Both the position numbers and the translations under genes were made by a program. This document shows positions 58,761 to 64,000 of a DNA stretch of 64,000 nucleotides, in pieces. Under the pieces are notes generated by a model. It did no database searches, had not been told where the DNA came from, and worked only from the letters and a program-made list of their open reading frames with translations. How positions within the stretch are numbered: the first letter of the stretch is position 1; each line of letters begins with the position of its first letter. This DNA is from the human T2T-CHM13v2.0 reference genome, Homo sapiens, in assembly GCF_009914755.1 (NCBI RefSeq), contig NC_060929.1; one strand, given 5' to 3'.

Positions 58761-60157
58761 AATTATCAAAAAGGATAACAGTTGAAAGGGACCTAGAGGT
58801 CATTATCAAAGGGGATCTCAGGCTTTGGTGTAGTATTATAATTCCTTAAAGAGGTAATGTATGCAGACATTGTGCAGTTAAACGTGATCAAGGACAGAGA
58901 AATAAATGCCTATCTGGCCAAGAGTAGGAAGAACAAGGCTCTGTCAAACCAAAGGCCAATGAAAAATTTCCAGCTCTTTTTTTCTAGGCTTCTTTCCACC
59001 CCTTTTATCCATTGGTAGAGGGGGAGGGTTATTAGACTGAAAGCTGTACCAGCTCAAAGTGGCTGCATAAATATATCTCTATCTATCTGTCTATCTCTAT
59101 GTATCAGTATGGTGAGGGAGGAGCAAGGAGATCTGTATTTGAATCCTGGTTTTACTCTGAGAATAACAGCATGGTTACCTGCTGTTACCAAAAGGCAAAT
59201 CACCTTTTTTTCTTTAAGCCTCAGTTTTCTCAGCTCTAAAATGGGGATACTAACCATTGTCCTATATCTAATTTTTAAGGTGATTGGGCAGCTTATATGA
59301 GATCATGGATATAAAACATGCTATAACCTGTGAAGTACTTTTTATAAGACAGTACTGCAAATCTGCCTGGCAGCCAGGGTTGCAGCAGCCTTGCCGCATT
59401 CCTCTGGAGCTGGCGAATGTTGCAGAACTGAGCACACAGCAATAAACACGCAGCTCTCAGAAGGCTGAAGATCATAGTAGTTACTCTGGTGTGTAAAATA
59501 CTGACATGATTTGCAGAAAGGCTGACAGGTTAAAGGGATGGAGAAAAAGGAAGATCATGGTCCTGAGGTCAGACAGGTGGTAGAATGTGGCAGTGGTCTC
59601 TGAACATCTGGGAGGCCTAAGCAAGCCTCTAGCTATGCAAAGTTGAGAGTACAACGTACACAGGAAGACTGTTAAGTGAGATTATCTTTGGAGAAAGAAA
59701 CCACATACCCTCTCCTTCTGACCATCTTGATTCACCTCCTTTATCAATCCTGACAGACTCTCATTGCTGTGTCCCAGGGCCAGGATTTAAAACTCATTGC
59801 CCGGGTGCCCCTTCTCTTTATCTAGTGTCACATAGAGTTCCCAGCTGTGTGAATGAGAGCTTTTGGTGCACCAGGACTTCAGAGACCAGGCCACCAGTTT
59901 GGGGATAGGGATAGCTCCCTGAAGAACCCTCTGGAAGGGTGAGTGTGTTTGTGTTTATGAGAAAGGACAGAGTGTGGGAGGATTGAAGGAAAGAAAGTGC
60001 GGTGGCAAAGTTAGGGTGTATGGACTCTAGAGACGATATGTAGTGGAGTAAGTTTGGGGATTATCTATGGCTTTGAGAGCTCTGTCACCCACTCTATAAA
60101 CTTGAGGTAGTTATTTATCCCCTCTACATCTGCAAAATAAAAGGGTTGATGTATGTC

Positions 60158-60345
60158 AGGCGTTCTCAGTCAGAATGATCTAGAGCCTTGCTGTGCAAAC
60201 CTTTGGTCCAAGGAAGCAACAGCATCAATCTTCTGGGTGCGCTTTGGAAATGCAGATGCTCAGGCCTACCCCAGACCTCCTGAGTCAGAATCTGCATCTT
60301 AGCAGATCCTCAGGTGATCCTGGACACTGAAGTTTGAAAAGCACT
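60158..60345. mobile_element. MER5A-type MITE
   Basis: gaaatgcagatgctcaggcctaccccagacctcctgagtcagaatctgcat...agtttgaaaagcactg. Confidence 0.75.
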
Positions 60346-60441
60346 GATTTAAAGACTCTTGTTGACATTATGGGTTTCTGGGTCCCCATTCTGAGAGATT
60401 CTGTTTCAGTAGTTTGATATGATTTTGATAATCTGTATTTC

Positions 60442-60685
60442 ATTTTATTTAATTTTTAAAACCACTTTATTGAGGTGTGATTGACATACAAAAGCTGTAC
60501 ATATTTAGGACTTGATGAGTTTAGAGACAAGTATATACTCATGAAACCATCACCATAATCTATGCCATAAACTATCAATCACCCCCAAAAGTTTCCTCTT
60601 GCTCTTTTATATATTTGTTATTATTATTGTTGTTATTTGCAGTAAGAATACTTAATATAAGATCTGTCCTCTTAACAAATGTTTG
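60442..60685 (-). mobile_element. L1MA/L1MB 3' end inserted in a MER5-like element
   Basis: actttattgaggtgtgattgacatacaaaagctgtacatattta...catgaaaccatcaccataatc...gtaagaatacttaatataagatct. Confidence 0.8.
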
Positions 60686-63600
60686 GGAATCTGTCTTTTT
60701 GACAAGCCCCTCACAGCTAACTTTGACAGCCATTGAATTCTAGAGCTAAGAGTCCTTCCTACCGCAAGATTCCATGATTCTGTTGATACTCAAGACACTC
60801 TGAAGGAAAGTGCAATTCTCTGGGGGTGAACAGGTGGAAGAGTTGGGAATGTACTTGTGAGAAAGGGAGCAGAGGCTTGTTCTCCATGTGCCTGTGGGTT
60901 GCCCAGAATATGAGGCAAGAGAGCATGCTGCTCAGGGCTGCTGCCCATTTCATGGCTGGGATTAATGATTGTCGGCAGCTCCCTGTTAAGATGGTAAACT
61001 AATTTAGAGCAACGGACACTGAAAAACAGCCCAATTCAAAGGCAGAGAGTGGTAATCTAATTGCATTGAATTAGCCTCAGGAGACTTGGACAATACCAAC
61101 TTTAGAAAATCACAAAGGGATCCTTTGTAAGGAGTTTCAAAAGCTTTGGGGCCTCAGTACCCCTCATAAGAGCTTGCATTACAAAGCATAGGCACTGTGT
61201 GGATAAGCCCCTCTCCCCAGCATCTCTGGGCATTGTTCCCTTCTAATGTGCTTTCTGAATGAATTTGCTGGCTGGCTGTATAGTGTTTTCATTTTGTGTG
61301 TTAGGCTTTACAGGGAGTTGGTTCAGGGAGACAGCTGGAGTTCAAGGCTGAGAGGCCGTCAGTCCTGTGAACACCATCCGGTGCCTGTGGCCTTGTCCGT
61401 GGACAAGTGCATTTTCTGGTAGTTTTTTTCTGGCTCATTCTGAGGCCCTTCTCATTTCTTAAAACGAGGCTTTTGCATAACCAAGGTGATTTCCTTTTAA
61501 TAATTCTTTGTTGCATGGTGTTTGTATGTTCATTGTCCAATTTATTAGTTATCCAATCCATTTTTAAGAAGAAAAAGATCCCAGTTAGTGGGTATTCATG
61601 TCATGATTTGAAGAGCTTACAAAGATTGGATAGCAATTTGGAAATCAGAAAAGGAGGGAATATAGAATTGCGAGGGATTGTCTCTGACTTGCATTTCATT
61701 CACTCTTCTGCAACAAATTACAAATCTCAATTTGCAAAAGAAGCTTGAATTCCTTCTATGTCTTTCCTGGGAGGTGGACGTCCAGTCTCTGCTTGCACAC
61801 TTCCACTGACAGACACCATCACTACCACTGAGGCAGCCCACAGTATCATTTGAAAGAGCTACCAGAAAGTTCTGACTTATATTGAGTCCAAATTTGTAAG
61901 AGTACATTAAAAAAAATCTATGAATCTATGAATTTACTCTGATTCTTCTCTTGGAGCTATATAGAATAAATCAAATCTAATGTTTCCCAATATGGGGTCC
62001 CTGGGTACATAGGAGATTCATGAAATAGTAATGAGGACTCAGAGTGCATTTTAAACATTTCAAAGGCTCTAACAAATTGCATATTTACTTCTGACAAGAC
62101 TCTCTGGATTAACTAAAAAGAATCACATATCTTTACTTTTGTTTTTTCTTAGGTCAACTCAATGTGGTGACATTGCTTATCCCATGGTATTTAGTATTTC
62201 TGGCGGTTACTTGTGCCTTTGATTAATAAAGATGGGAAAAATATGTTAATGATGAATGGTATCTGGTAAACAATTTTTTTTGAAAAAACAAAAAACAAAA
62301 ACATAGGCTTTATGAGGGAAAAAAGAGCCAAACAGAATCATTGATAAAAAGTACAGAAATGTTTGGTCTCTCTTTCTCACACCGTTTTTCAGATCTGTGA
62401 GTATAGTGGTCAGGCATCATGTTTTCTCATCATAATAAACATTTCCCACAGAAACTGACATATGTATAGGATCTGTCAATAATCATGTCTGGGTCGGGAT
62501 AACTCTCCAAAAGGTGAATTGCTTAGTGAGGTCCTCAGTTCTTTCAGACCTTTGAGCCTGACTATACCTCGATGTGGCTATTTCTTATAATAATTGAAAT
62601 ACACTTCAATAGCTGTAACCAAAGCTGTGCTATCATTGGAAGAGATCTGGAGAAGATATCCTAAACTGGCACAGCTAAAAGTGATTTTAGAACGTGATTG
62701 GCCAAATCTCTTCATTTTACAGCTGAGGAAACTGAGAGCCAGAAAGGTCATAGAACCCTCTCAAGGTCATGCCACTAGCTAAATTCTGGATCCTAGGTCT
62801 CCTTCCCTTTAGGCCAAAGCCTCTTTGTTTAATGCGAACCTGCAGAATAGTTTCAAGATGGCCAGGCAGGGAGACTGTGCCATCCATCTTAAAAATCATG
62901 CTGGCTTCTGCCAGCTGATGAAGGAAATAAAGTTAATGACGCCCACATAAATGTGATGCTGTCGCAGGACGCGCGAACAGGCTGCCTGGAGGGGAGCTCT
63001 GTGGGTCCTCTGAAGAAGGAAAAAAGGATTTTAATGTACCTTTAAAGGGAGCAGTGTCTCCCCTTTCTGCAATGACAGGGACTCTGGCATCTGTGCCTGC
63101 AGAGTGTTTAGTTTTAGACTGGACACATAAGCACATGATAAACAAGTTCCTGGTGAAGAAATGAAGGCAGCATCACCACTGGTCAATTCATCCTGAACCT
63201 TTGTGGGTATGGGCCCCTGCCTTTGATGAAGATCTTATTAGGGGTTGGAGAGAATGTAGAAGTGTCAGATTCAGTCATTTGAGTTGATTGGTAAGAAAAT
63301 TGAGTCCCCATTAGAGGAAGAGACTTGTTATGCCCATGCTATGGGATGGAAGCAGAGCTGACTCTAGAGGCAGGAGTTCTCAAATTATAGCCCAACTTCT
63401 CTTCCCGCTGCACCACATGGCCGTAACCTCTTTCATAAGACAATCTAAAGAAAACAATTTCCTAAATATCCTCTGCTTAGGTCATTACCAGTTTGGCAAA
63501 TATGCAGAAGTCATGTGCTGATTCATAACTCTATTTACCAGCCTAGGGTCCCTGTCCAACCCGTCCTTCAGGAGCCAAATCGTAACATTTTCTTTTCTCT

Positions 63601-64000
63601 TTTTTAAGGTTCCTAAGCCCAAAAAGGGAGTAGACTCTCTTTTTGTTATTTACAGTAAGAATACTTAATATAAGGTACTTAATATTAAGTATTCTTAATT
63701 AATCAAATACTTAATTTGATGCTAATACAAACTTGCCCAAGGAACTTCATTCCTTGGAGAAAAGTCCTTGGGCCATGTCAGAAACTCCTAGGCACGTTCT
63801 GCAGTGCCAAAATGCAGCAGGTAAGATTCAAGGTGGAGTACAGCTCTCCTTCAAGAAGGGAAAAATCAAGACAGTCATCTGCCCTTCTTGACAAGCCTGG
63901 AGATGGAGAAGCCACAGGGGCCACCTCAAGGAAAAGCCCATTCACCTTTCAACTGGGTAGGTTTTTTCTTTAGGACTGAGATATGAAACAATGTATTTGT

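Overview
Human (or very closely related primate) genomic DNA lying entirely inside the glycine receptor alpha-1 gene GLRA1, which is transcribed on the minus strand. Three coding exons are present with canonical AG/GT boundaries: exon 2 (35327-35454, 128 bp), exon 3 (29737-29804, 68 bp) and exon 4 (2780-3003, 224 bp). Together they encode the end of the signal peptide and the N-terminal half of the extracellular ligand-binding domain. Exon 1 lies beyond the right end and exon 5 onward beyond the left end. The rest is intron, dominated by interspersed repeats: 11 Alus, a twin-primed 5'-inverted L1PA, a truncated L1PA7/8-like copy, old L1M pieces, a near full-length THE1 MaLR element, nested MLT1 LTRs, MITEs, MIR/L2/L3 relics and a tailless 5S rRNA retropseudogene. 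Nearly all ORFs in the supplied track are repeat-derived or chance. I see no new protein-coding system. The most unusual signals are several locally templated DNA copies: an inverted ~200-bp duplication, a dispersed ~300-bp direct duplication, a perfect 25-bp hairpin inside an ancient L1, and a patchwork insertion copied from 3 kb away. Splice and initiation features around exon 3, a nearly abutting inverted Alu pair and discordant THE1 LTRs are also notable. Repeat subfamily names are from recalled consensus sequences and need RepeatMasker confirmation.
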